This document shows, in pieces, positions 37,284 to 46,492 of a stretch of 64,000 nt of DNA. How positions within the stretch are numbered: the first letter of the stretch is position 1; every line of letters begins with the position of its first letter. The stretch is taken from positions 896,001-960,000 of the forward strand of contig OZ242008.1 of NCBI GenBank assembly GCA_965204735.1. The letters run 5' to 3'. This DNA is from Longimicrobiales bacterium. GTDB lineage: Bacteria; Gemmatimonadota; Gemmatimonadetes; Longimicrobiales; Gaopeijiaceae. A program made the translations under genes and the position numbers. Below the pieces are notes generated by a model. The model had not been told where the DNA came from. It searched no databases and was given only the letters and a program-made list of their open reading frames with translations.

Positions 37284-40199
37284 TCAGTCATCATCGATCA
37301 GCCCGAGTTCCCGGAGCGGTTCCAGGACACCGTTTTCCAGCTTGGCCTTGTCGAGCGCACCTTTCGCCTCGACGTTGATGGAGATCCTGTCGGCCAAGGC
37401 CGCGAGGTTGGCGAGAGCGTTCCACGCGCCGTAGAGGGTGTCCCGATCTGCGCTGAACGAAAGAGCGACAGCGTCCGCATCCAGGGTGGCCGGCGTCGTC
37501 GAAGCACTTGGCTCGGGGCTGTCCGGCGTCTCGCGTACCAACCCGGTGCTGAGCTCGGGGCTCGACCAAAGTTCCGCTCCGTCAACAGCTTCGGGCTGAG
37601 CGGGAAGCGCGGCCGGGAGGATCAAGAACCCCGAATCGAGATCGATTTCGTCCTCGGCTACGCCGCGGTCGAAGGCGACTTGGCTCGTGTCGATTCGATA
37701 ACGGCCGTCCTCGCCAAGGGTCGGTCGGCCCGTGAAGTAGCCGAAGAAGCTGTTCTCGACGCCACGGGCGATGGCTCTGCGCACCACGTTGCCGGAAAGC
37801 AAGCGCGGGAAGCCAAGGAAGGAGAAGAACCCGGCAACCACCCGGGAGGTCGGAATTCCCGGCTCGGCGGATTCGACTTCTCCCAACCTGAACAGCTCGA
37901 CGATCTTCCCCGGTGCCACGTCTTCGAAGACTCTGCGGTGCACCATCGTCAGCAGCTCCATCATGCGATCGTGGATCCGGGCGCGCTTCTTCTCGTCGAG
38001 GGTCGTCTGGAGCGGCCGACCTCTCATGCCGACGGCGTCCAACGACAGCGAACCGCTGTCCGTCGTCGGCAGCCGGATTTCTTCGTACAACTTAAGCATC
38101 GCGGATTCGACCGCCGTTCTTTCGGTGGCGTCTCGTTCTCTGAGCTGACCCCTCTGCGCATCTGTAAGGTTGTGCTGCCGCCACCTCTGCAGGACCCGTT
38201 CGACGGCCGTCAGGTAGCGGACAGAGCGGCGAAGGCTCTCGACTTGGTCAGCCGACGGCACGGCGAGTCCAAGGCCATTGCGGAATTCGCGGGTACGGTT
38301 CCCGTGGTTCTCACAGAGATCTCTAGCTGTTTCTTTTTGCTCCCCCGTGGACTTGGCTGCGAACTCGAGCGGCAGATACGCGATCAGGAACCGAGATTCC
38401 TGGTCTGGTACGTCCGCCGATGTGGCCGGCCACACGATCGCCGAGCGCTGGCCCGCAAGCCTCTCTTCGATCAGCGTCTTTATCTTGGTCCTGATACGGC
38501 CCTCGTCCCGGCCCACCGCTTCGGCTTCCTGCTCGACCAGCAACGTGACGTTGGGGTCCCGCTTGAAGCAGTACCGAACGCCGTCGAAGTGCAGGTAGAG
38601 ACACTGTTCCTTGAGCTCCTTGAGACAGGCCTGAACGGTGGTGCTGTCGAGGTCTGGACCGACGCCGATGCTCAGCAGGTCGGGCTCGCTGATCCCGGGC
38701 GGCAACAGATCGCCGGCCGTGTCTTCCGAGCGGCGCAGGCCGCCGAAGGAATACATCAGCATGCATGTTGCCAGACGGGTAGCCGAGTGCTTGCCGGCCT
38801 CGGAGGTCACCTCCCGCGCGCGTCGGTCGTCGATCCGGCGGGTGCGAGCGTTTGTGCCGACGAAGTCATGCTCCAGACAAGCCTGAAAATCCTCCCGCTG
38901 TCCGACCTCTTTGAAGAAGGCGAGGCGTACATCCGCGTCGTGCACGGGAACGTCGCCCGGGCCGAGCAAGAGGCGCGAGCTGCCGGCACGGTGAGCAGCG
39001 CGCAGGCAGGAAGCGAGAAACCGCAGGGCACCGCGAGTTCTCTGGAAATCGGGAATGGCCGCCCAACGCTCCCGCATCACGTCGATCAGGGCCGGATGGA
39101 ATGGATAGGAAGACTGGATGCGATTCTGGAGCACCAAGCCGTCCTCTTCCGCCTGCTGCCGTTCCGACTCGCCGTGCGCTCGGGCGCGCCGCATCTGAGT
39201 GACTACGTCTCCGTAAGCCTTGGCGACGCTTCCCGCCACTTCCCGGTCCGGGGCTCCAGCCAGTAGCCGCCGCTGGATCACATTCAGGATCTCGTTGCCC
39301 TCGACGGGCTCCCGCCGCTGGTCCTTGCGCGCCGCGAGATGCTCCACTGTGCGGAGCAGGCCCGTGTACTCGAGGGATTCGCGGTTGCTCGACTGCAACG
39401 AGTATACGAGCACCGCGTTATCCACGTTGCCGACCGCGACCGTAAGGCGTTTCAGAAATGAAAGCGTCTCGTCCCGAAGGGTGGTCTGCTCGATGCGCAC
39501 CCCGCCAGCGCTAATGAGGTACTCCAGAACCTCGTCCAGGAGGATCAGGCTCGGGCCGTGCTTGAGCAGCTCGATGATCTGGTCTCCGCCTGGAGCAACT
39601 CGGCTATTGTCGTGCTCCCGGACGATCTCGTAGCCTTCCCGGCCCGCAAGTGCCCAAGCGATCCACCCCCAGACGGTCTTCGCGACGAAGCTCTCCTGCG
39701 GCACACGCTTTCCGACTCGAGCGTCAAAGAACTGCCCGTCGACGACTGCCACCCGTACTCCCTCCGGCCGCGGAAGTCCCGTTGCCTCCGGCAGTGCATC
39801 CAGGGCGGCCCTTGATCGGGCGCTGTGTAGCAGCGCGGCCAGCGTGTGCGACTTACCTCCGCCGAACGGTGTCAGCAACTTGAGCACGCGGTTGCCCTGG
39901 GAGCCTGCCAGCCGTCCCAGCACGTCCTCAAGCAGTGACTTCAGGCCGCCGGTAAGGTACGATGTCCCGAAGAAGCTGTCGGCGTCCCGGTAGACGACCG
40001 GAACACGTGGCAACGCCGAAGTCGGAACCTCGAGGTCCCTTCCTATCAGGTGGTCGGCCAGTGCCCCCAGGTCGAGTGCGAAGACGTCCTCCGAGAATTC
40101 TTCCGAGAGCACGTCAGGGTGCAGGTCTACGCATTGCAGCCAGGGTCGCCTAGCTACGTCCATGACTGTCGTTCTCCTGTGTTTAGGTTGGCTGGCCAT
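37284..40199 (-). CDS. DUF499-family AAA+ ATPase
   Basis: LTPFGGGKSHTL, ILLDE, SYPFHP, FQRTRGALR. Confidence 0.9.
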   Translation of the reverse strand: MASQPKHRRTTVMDVARRPWLQCVDLHPDVLSEEFSEDVFALDLGALADHLIGRDLEVPTSALPRVPVVYRDADSFFGTSYLTGGLKSLLEDVLGRLAGSQGNRVLKLLTPFGGGKSHTLAALLHSARSRAALDALPEATGLPRPEGVRVAVVDGQFFDARVGKRVPQESFVAKTVWGWIAWALAGREGYEIVREHDNSRVAPGGDQIIELLKHGPSLILLDEVLEYLISAGGVRIEQTTLRDETLSFLKRLTVAVGNVDNAVLVYSLQSSNRESLEYTGLLRTVEHLAARKDQRREPVEGNEILNVIQRRLLAGAPDREVAGSVAKAYGDVVTQMRRARAHGESERQQAEEDGLVLQNRIQSSYPFHPALIDVMRERWAAIPDFQRTRGALRFLASCLRAAHRAGSSRLLLGPGDVPVHDADVRLAFFKEVGQREDFQACLEHDFVGTNARTRRIDDRRAREVTSEAGKHSATRLATCMLMYSFGGLRRSEDTAGDLLPPGISEPDLLSIGVGPDLDSTTVQACLKELKEQCLYLHFDGVRYCFKRDPNVTLLVEQEAEAVGRDEGRIRTKIKTLIEERLAGQRSAIVWPATSADVPDQESRFLIAYLPLEFAAKSTGEQKETARDLCENHGNRTREFRNGLGLAVPSADQVESLRRSVRYLTAVERVLQRWRQHNLTDAQRGQLRERDATERTAVESAMLKLYEEIRLPTTDSGSLSLDAVGMRGRPLQTTLDEKKRARIHDRMMELLTMVHRRVFEDVAPGKIVELFRLGEVESAEPGIPTSRVVAGFFSFLGFPRLLSGNVVRRAIARGVENSFFGYFTGRPTLGEDGRYRIDTSQVAFDRGVAEDEIDLDSGFLILPAALPAQPEAVDGAELWSSPELSTGLVRETPDSPEPSASTTPATLDADAVALSFSADRDTLYGAWNALANLAALADRISINVEAKGALDKAKLENGVLEPLRELGLIDDD

Positions 40200-40215
40200 C
40201 GGTCCGACCCTCTCC

Positions 40216-43200
40216 TTACAGGAACCATGGCGTGTTCTCCAGCGACGGGTGCAGCTCGAACGGTTCCGACTGTCGCAAGAACGCCGCGGTCAAATAGGCG
40301 ATGTCCTTGGCGTACTTGAGTGTTATTGGCTCTCCACAAAACGCGTCGGTGGACGCCCAGTTCAGCTTCGTAAGGCTCAACACCTGAAGCGCCAGCACCC
40401 GCAAGTCCGGCCGACTGCCACGGTCGTTCGGTCTCTCAATCCATGCTGCTACCTCCAGTGGTCTTGCCGTCCCCATCATGCGACGAAACGGATTGTAACC
40501 TGTGGTGGACAGGTATAGCTTGTTGGTACCCACCTCAACGTAACTCCCTCGACGAAGGCTCCCATCCGTCTCCGGCCTATCATCGTAAAAGCGAACGTTG
40601 TGATGGGAATTGACCGAGACGAAAGCAAAGGTGCCCTCCGGGCGAACAGTTCGCGCCGATCGAAGAATCGCCTTCCGGTCGGCTCGTGCAAACTTCGCTG
40701 AATACTGGAACACCACGCGGGGAGTCGACGACAGTTGGGAATCTAGCCTCTTCAACACATCCTTGGCCAACTCGGCGAGGCGGAGATGTCGATCCTCAAA
40801 GTCAAAATAAGATGTGTTGCCCCGGTAAAACTCCCATCTTCCATATTGGTTGAACACGCTAGCAAAACCCATGATCCGACGGCCATCTCTGGACTGCGTG
40901 TAGGACAACCCCACAAAAAAATCCGCCTCTGGAATCGCATCCGGCAATACCCACGGCCGGACGCCGCACTTTGCACAAATGTTCAAGGCTAGATTCAGAT
41001 CTTTCCAATCTGGATTCTCAAGCGTTGGCGTGTCGACCATCTGACATGGTACGCCTCGTTCCAACAGCAGTCTCTTATTGACGTAGTACGGTGCCAGGTG
41101 GTCGTCTCGAGCATATCCCTCTTCGGGGGTATGGACAAGGAAAATGGATCTAGGATGAAGGTTGGCTCGACTCCTCTGTCGCTGATGCAAGAGACGTTCA
41201 AGTTCTGCATGAATATCATCAACATGGCTCACCGTAGCAATCCCCGAATACCAGAATTTTGTCGCAAACGTTCGTTCGGAGCCGCGATACTTGTACCGAC
41301 CTCCAATCAAACGTTCGATCAGGCCTTCCATTCCTTGACGGACTGCAGTCAGACAAACCGGTACAAGCTCAATCTCCTGTGGGTCATCGCCATAGGAGCC
41401 ATACTGTGTGATGCCGGCCCGGACATCCGGTGACAGCTGGCGCTGCCGAAACTCCACTTCCGGCTCTGGGAGTCGCCGAACGGTCAGTTCCTTTTCCGAA
41501 GGTCGCAGTCGTTCGGAAAGTCGAATCGGGTTGGTAGCGATATCGACGTCAAGATCGCAACATCGCAAAGGAAACAACTTGTCCGACAGATATTTCACGC
41601 TTGCCAGAATCTTTTGAGCCCTCTCCCTAGCGGAACCCGGTCTCGTAACCAAGCTATGCTCTCGAATCGCAGCGGCAAGATCGAACGACGGTTCCTCCTT
41701 GTGCAGCATAGACTTCAACATCTCCACAGTGCAAATGGGAATGACGTCACTGATAGGGATAGTTTCTACCGTGCCGGTGTCAAGGAATCGTACTTCCGCA
41801 AACTCATCGTTAAATCCAGACAGATGTCCCCTGCGCCACTGTCCATTGTTTGCTATGCAACGATGGCCATCAAGTCTGGCTCGTGCAAAATGCTGCTTCA
41901 CAACCGTGAGATTTCTTACGTTGAGAGCAACGCATCTGTAATCGATACACAAATAGAAGCGTTGACCATACTGCCGGACCTGAAATTCGTATGCCGGATA
42001 GAGTCGCACAATAGACCTCACCCCAACCGGTGTGCCGATCTCAGTGCGCCTCATGTGTGCAAGTATTCTGCTGAATCCATCTCGGTGTATGAACCATCCA
42101 TTTCCTTCTAACGCATCGCGAAGCGTTCGCACAAGCTGCCCATAACGTGATCCAAATACCTCATACCCTACCACGTTGTCCTGTTGCCGAAATCTCAACA
42201 GAAACAAATTGCTGAATTCCGTTGCGTTATCGTTGTTTGCCGCCGCTAGGAGCGCGGCTTCGCGCTCTTCCGCCCTGTTCTCAATCTGGATCAATGTCTC
42301 GTTCGAAAGGAGACGATATGAGGGAGCCGGCAACCCGAGGGTCTCCATCGCCGTAACCATCTGCTTCGTGCCCTCGCTAATGGCCTGCACATAGGCCACA
42401 CCACTCGGATCTCTCATTAGCTTCAGCCATTCTAGAAGCTTAGTATTCCTAGGCATCGAATCAAGTATGACGTCTGCCAACGAAAAACGCGGTGGTGGAT
42501 CAGTGTCTCGCTGAATTATCCGGCCTGGATTCTTCACCACGAATGCATCCGTGTACGCCTCGCATTCAATCGGCACCCCGGTTCGATAGTCCCTATGCGC
42601 TAAGGCGTTCACGAGTGCTTCGTCAATGACGGTATAAGGAAATTCGGGCTCTTCGACGAAGCCACCGGTTGGCCGTCGCTTTTGATAGCGCTTAAAGAAT
42701 GCGGACTCTCTGAAGAATGTCCTCGCCTCCCGGATCTGTTTCGTAACCGGACCTGTGAATTTTTGATCGAATGTCGGGAGACCACGTCTGGCATGGTCGT
42801 TGACCACCACTCCAAACCGCATTAGGCGAATGTGAGCTGCCGGAAGGACACGTTGCGGATTTGATCCAAAGAACAGAAGTCCGGCATATGTAAACCAATA
42901 GTCGTCATCGCGGCGAACCAATGCACCTGCCTCATAGAGCAGTCGTTCATCCGAGAAGCGTCTGGTTGCATCGGGGGAAAACACCTTGCGAAATTCTTTC
43001 AGAACGTCATCCGAAAGATCTGCAGGATCGTAGGGGCAGCAGAACGCGTTCTCGAAGTCGGTAAGGTTTTTTCTGTCCCGAAGCCGATCACGCATCGCCT
43101 GCGTGACCAGGACGTTTTGAGGTCCGCGTCGCTCCCAAGCCTTCGGCCTAGCCCGAAGCGTCTCGCAAATGGCATTGGTCGCATAGGGGGCAAATAACAG

Positions 43201-43587
43201 ACAAATAGTGTTGCTTTGGTCGGAATCATCGCGACATTCGTAAAGTCTAGCTTCGACGGCCTGATTGTGAAGGAGGCTCCCAATGTCAGTGAGGCTGTTT
43301 TTCTGACCTTCTGTCAGGTGGTTGACGCCTGCGACGTTGCCGTTGGACTCAATTCCGATCACCAGCAACCCACCTCTAACGTTGCTGTTGGCGAAGGCCG
43401 AAATGGTCTCGGTGATTCCGTCCCGGAGCTTCTTCAGTTGGTTTGTGAGCTCCCTGGGAGGGCTCCCCTTGCGGCCCGCAGCCTTACGATCGAAGTGCTG
43501 GCCCTCGAAATCGTCATCCGAGGACTGGGTCAAGAAGCCCCAGTGACTTGCGGGATCGTCGTAGACTGCCCGTGGGGAGGGTTCCAT
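40216..43587 (-). CDS. Schlafen/AlbA_2-HATPase-long prokaryotic Argonaute fusion (PIWI predicted inactive)
   Basis: EGQHFDRK, SAFANS..GGLLVIGI; EALVNALAHRDY, NPG, EGT; MID YYVNK/PCQMV/NICAKCGVRPW; PIWI FVGLS, RGSY, QVLSLTKLNW, EPITLKYA. Start chosen by the GAGGA RBS. Confidence 0.88.
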   Translation of the reverse strand: MEPSPRAVYDDPASHWGFLTQSSDDDFEGQHFDRKAAGRKGSPPRELTNQLKKLRDGITETISAFANSNVRGGLLVIGIESNGNVAGVNHLTEGQKNSLTDIGSLLHNQAVEARLYECRDDSDQSNTICLLFAPYATNAICETLRARPKAWERRGPQNVLVTQAMRDRLRDRKNLTDFENAFCCPYDPADLSDDVLKEFRKVFSPDATRRFSDERLLYEAGALVRRDDDYWFTYAGLLFFGSNPQRVLPAAHIRLMRFGVVVNDHARRGLPTFDQKFTGPVTKQIREARTFFRESAFFKRYQKRRPTGGFVEEPEFPYTVIDEALVNALAHRDYRTGVPIECEAYTDAFVVKNPGRIIQRDTDPPPRFSLADVILDSMPRNTKLLEWLKLMRDPSGVAYVQAISEGTKQMVTAMETLGLPAPSYRLLSNETLIQIENRAEEREAALLAAANNDNATEFSNLFLLRFRQQDNVVGYEVFGSRYGQLVRTLRDALEGNGWFIHRDGFSRILAHMRRTEIGTPVGVRSIVRLYPAYEFQVRQYGQRFYLCIDYRCVALNVRNLTVVKQHFARARLDGHRCIANNGQWRRGHLSGFNDEFAEVRFLDTGTVETIPISDVIPICTVEMLKSMLHKEEPSFDLAAAIREHSLVTRPGSARERAQKILASVKYLSDKLFPLRCCDLDVDIATNPIRLSERLRPSEKELTVRRLPEPEVEFRQRQLSPDVRAGITQYGSYGDDPQEIELVPVCLTAVRQGMEGLIERLIGGRYKYRGSERTFATKFWYSGIATVSHVDDIHAELERLLHQRQRSRANLHPRSIFLVHTPEEGYARDDHLAPYYVNKRLLLERGVPCQMVDTPTLENPDWKDLNLALNICAKCGVRPWVLPDAIPEADFFVGLSYTQSRDGRRIMGFASVFNQYGRWEFYRGNTSYFDFEDRHLRLAELAKDVLKRLDSQLSSTPRVVFQYSAKFARADRKAILRSARTVRPEGTFAFVSVNSHHNVRFYDDRPETDGSLRRGSYVEVGTNKLYLSTTGYNPFRRMMGTARPLEVAAWIERPNDRGSRPDLRVLALQVLSLTKLNWASTDAFCGEPITLKYAKDIAYLTAAFLRQSEPFELHPSLENTPWFL

Positions 43588-43687
43588 CAGCACTTCCTCT
43601 TCGTGGGACGCCCAAGACGGCAGAGCCGGAATCGCCCAAAGGTTGCGGGCTTGGCCGTGCGTTTCCACCACCGGCGGTTCGCCGCTC

Positions 43688-46492
43688 TCATCGGTCGTCA
43701 TCCTCCAGGGCGAGTTCCGTCTGTCCGAAGATAGGGCCTTCGCTCTCTCGATCATAAGCGGCCCCTTCAACGACACTTCGCCAATTGGCGTTCAGCTTGG
43801 AGAGGGCGCGCAACTCGGTGGTCGTGGTCGCGTCCTGCGCCTCGGGGCGTGAAAGCACTGGCGCACAGAGTGCCTGAGTGACCAACCGGAGCTGCTCCTG
43901 GCTCGGTCGCGCCGACTTCAGGAACTCCCGGACCTGGATCGGCCGGTGGTCGAGCAACCAGAGCAGCCGGTGGATGACGTCGATTAGCGGGGCCTGTCGG
44001 CCGTTCGTACTGATGCCCAGCCCGTCGTCGCTACCGCGCTCCTCGAAGGTCCGGACGCGGAATTTGCTCCTGGACTTCTCGACCAGGCACGGAGGGGGGC
44101 CGGAGAGCCCCTGTGGACCGTCGATCTCGATGCCCTGCGGATAGCAGAACACGTACGCGTCGCCGGCCTGGATGAGGGATTCACGATAGGTAAACCTCCA
44201 TAGGACGTAGAAGCGCGTCTCTGGGTCCACGGAGCCGACGGCTGCTCCACGCAAACCGAAGATCTCGTCAAGCATGACATCAAGTACGACGCCCTCGACG
44301 TCGCGGAGGTAGAGTTCGGCGGGCACGATTTCGCCGTTGGCGTACTCGACCTTGGCGAACCGCGTGTAGGCACGCAGGCCCGCGCCGACCGCAGCCATAA
44401 GGAGGTCTGCACCTCCAATTCCCTTGCCTCCCGCCCATAGGGTCGTCACGCGTTCGCGTGCGATGTGGAGAAGCTCCGGCTTTACCTGTGCCTCGTACCG
44501 CCCGGTCTCGGTCGTTTCGCGGCGGCGAGCGACGAAAAAGATGCTGTCGGAAAGCGCGGCGGCACCGAGCGCGTTGACCCTTCCTCGAGACTCCGTCTGC
44601 ACCGGCCATGCCTCGGTGACCGTGAGCCCCGCCCCAACTAGCGCACGAATCAATGTGGCCCATCCCTCCGTCGTTCGGTGGGCGTAGACGCAGACCAGTG
44701 GGGCACCCGGCTTCAGGACGCGACGGGCTTCTGCGAACGAGCGGCGCATCATGTCTTGATAGTGCATGTTCGCCTTCTTTGCGTCCCCGCCGTGCTCGCT
44801 CGGCTGTGCGACCGCCTCGCGCCGCTTGGGCGGCACAGGCAACGTGAAGTGCTCGGGGTAGAGATCACCGACGATGCGCTTCAGCCATACGTAGAAGAAC
44901 GCGGACAGATCCGCGTAGTATATGCTGCTATAGTACGGCGGGTCGGTGACCACCGCGTCGAAGGTCTCGTCGTTGTAGAACAGCTTTTCCGCGTTGCCGC
45001 GCGCAACAACCGATGGCTGGCCGACCTTGGCGAGCTCTCGAATACAGTACGCTTCCCGGTCCAGCGCGAAGGGGAGGCAGCCCTGGGTGTGCGCTAACCC
45101 ATTGATCTCTGAGAAATCGTAAATCATCTTCAGGGCTTGCCGATCACCAATAGCTCCTATCGTCCTCTGCACTCTGGGCTCCCACCGAGAGAACTTGTTG
45201 AATGTGACGACGAAACGGCCGAACGCCATCGCGAAATAGGTCGACAGCGCTCGTGCCCGGTCCTCGGCCATACCCTCCTTCAGCATTTCGGCGTGGGCCT
45301 GTCGAATGTTTTTGATCAGGGTCAACAGGACCAGTAGCTGTCGAGGCGTGAATAGTTCGCGATACGTATTCACTCCATAGTTAGGAAGTTGGTCACCAAG
45401 TTTCCCTTGAAGCATACCACCAGGAGGCTCACAACCGAGTTCCCCCTCAAGCTTCTCCAAACGCTGCTCTATCTCGTCCGCCGGCAACTCTACCGTGACA
45501 TCCGGGGGCAAGTATACTTTGGTTCGCCTTTTCCTCGATTTACCTTCTGGCGGCAACGAAACCACTACGGCAGCAAGCGATTCTTTCATCCTGTCGACTG
45601 TCGCCATTTCCTTGACGTGATCGGCAGGGGCAGGTGTATTGCATGCGACGCAGACCGCTTGTCCCGCGCCAGTCTGCGCCTCTTGTTGGGAGACTTCTCG
45701 GATGGACGCACCGGAAACGATGTCCCAGCAAAGTCGGTTGCCATCTTCGATTTGGGGAACAGCGGCAACGGCTCCGTTCTTCTTGCGTAGCCAAGCTTGG
45801 CGAACGAGCGGCACCGACGTGCCGCATCCCGGCCGACGACAGGGCACAGTGCGCGCCCAGATGCAAGCGATCAGGGTTGCTTCGCGCGACGGAGTGGGTG
45901 AATCTGATGTCCGGTTTCCGAAGAGGGTGATCTGGGAAGCGACCGCGTCCGATTCAGGTATCCGGACGTCTGGGTAAAGGTCGCCAACATCCTTCTTCAC
46001 GCGTTCGAGGACAACCCGACCCCAGTGTTCGAAGTCGTCGGCCAACTTCGGTCCGAACGTCTGTGGATACGCTAGCGTACATAGTTCGATCAGGTGGGCT
46101 ACCGGGTTGTAGTCGAGCGCGTGGCTCTCGCAACCGAGACGGGCGGCCTCGAGCGGAATCGCACCTCCGCCCGCAAATGGGTCCAGCACCTTCGGCGTCC
46201 GGCCACCGTGCGCCTCCAGGATGTGTCTGCGAGCCTTCTTGACGACTTCCGGATCCGGCTTGAACGCAGCGAGGTTGGCAACGAAAGACGCGGCTTCCCT
46301 ACGCTCGTCGTCCGATTCCGGCGCAGCGACTAGGGCGGCGTAGACCGCGGCGCGCGATGCGGTGATCGGACGGCGAGCGGGCCAGTAGTGGATCATCTCC
46401 ACGTATCGCCGGGGATGCAGCTTCTCGTGGGATGCGATGGCGTTGAGCGCGTCAAGAGGAAGGTAGTCCTCGATCAGTCGGCGGTCATCCAT
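43688..46492 (-). CDS. DUF1156-type adenine DNA methyltransferase
   Basis: RLIEDYLP, HYWPARRP, DPFAGGG, TDPPY. Confidence 0.9.
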   Translation of the reverse strand: MDDRRLIEDYLPLDALNAIASHEKLHPRRYVEMIHYWPARRPITASRAAVYAALVAAPESDDERREAASFVANLAAFKPDPEVVKKARRHILEAHGGRTPKVLDPFAGGGAIPLEAARLGCESHALDYNPVAHLIELCTLAYPQTFGPKLADDFEHWGRVVLERVKKDVGDLYPDVRIPESDAVASQITLFGNRTSDSPTPSREATLIACIWARTVPCRRPGCGTSVPLVRQAWLRKKNGAVAAVPQIEDGNRLCWDIVSGASIREVSQQEAQTGAGQAVCVACNTPAPADHVKEMATVDRMKESLAAVVVSLPPEGKSRKRRTKVYLPPDVTVELPADEIEQRLEKLEGELGCEPPGGMLQGKLGDQLPNYGVNTYRELFTPRQLLVLLTLIKNIRQAHAEMLKEGMAEDRARALSTYFAMAFGRFVVTFNKFSRWEPRVQRTIGAIGDRQALKMIYDFSEINGLAHTQGCLPFALDREAYCIRELAKVGQPSVVARGNAEKLFYNDETFDAVVTDPPYYSSIYYADLSAFFYVWLKRIVGDLYPEHFTLPVPPKRREAVAQPSEHGGDAKKANMHYQDMMRRSFAEARRVLKPGAPLVCVYAHRTTEGWATLIRALVGAGLTVTEAWPVQTESRGRVNALGAAALSDSIFFVARRRETTETGRYEAQVKPELLHIARERVTTLWAGGKGIGGADLLMAAVGAGLRAYTRFAKVEYANGEIVPAELYLRDVEGVVLDVMLDEIFGLRGAAVGSVDPETRFYVLWRFTYRESLIQAGDAYVFCYPQGIEIDGPQGLSGPPPCLVEKSRSKFRVRTFEERGSDDGLGISTNGRQAPLIDVIHRLLWLLDHRPIQVREFLKSARPSQEQLRLVTQALCAPVLSRPEAQDATTTTELRALSKLNANWRSVVEGAAYDRESEGPIFGQTELALEDDDR

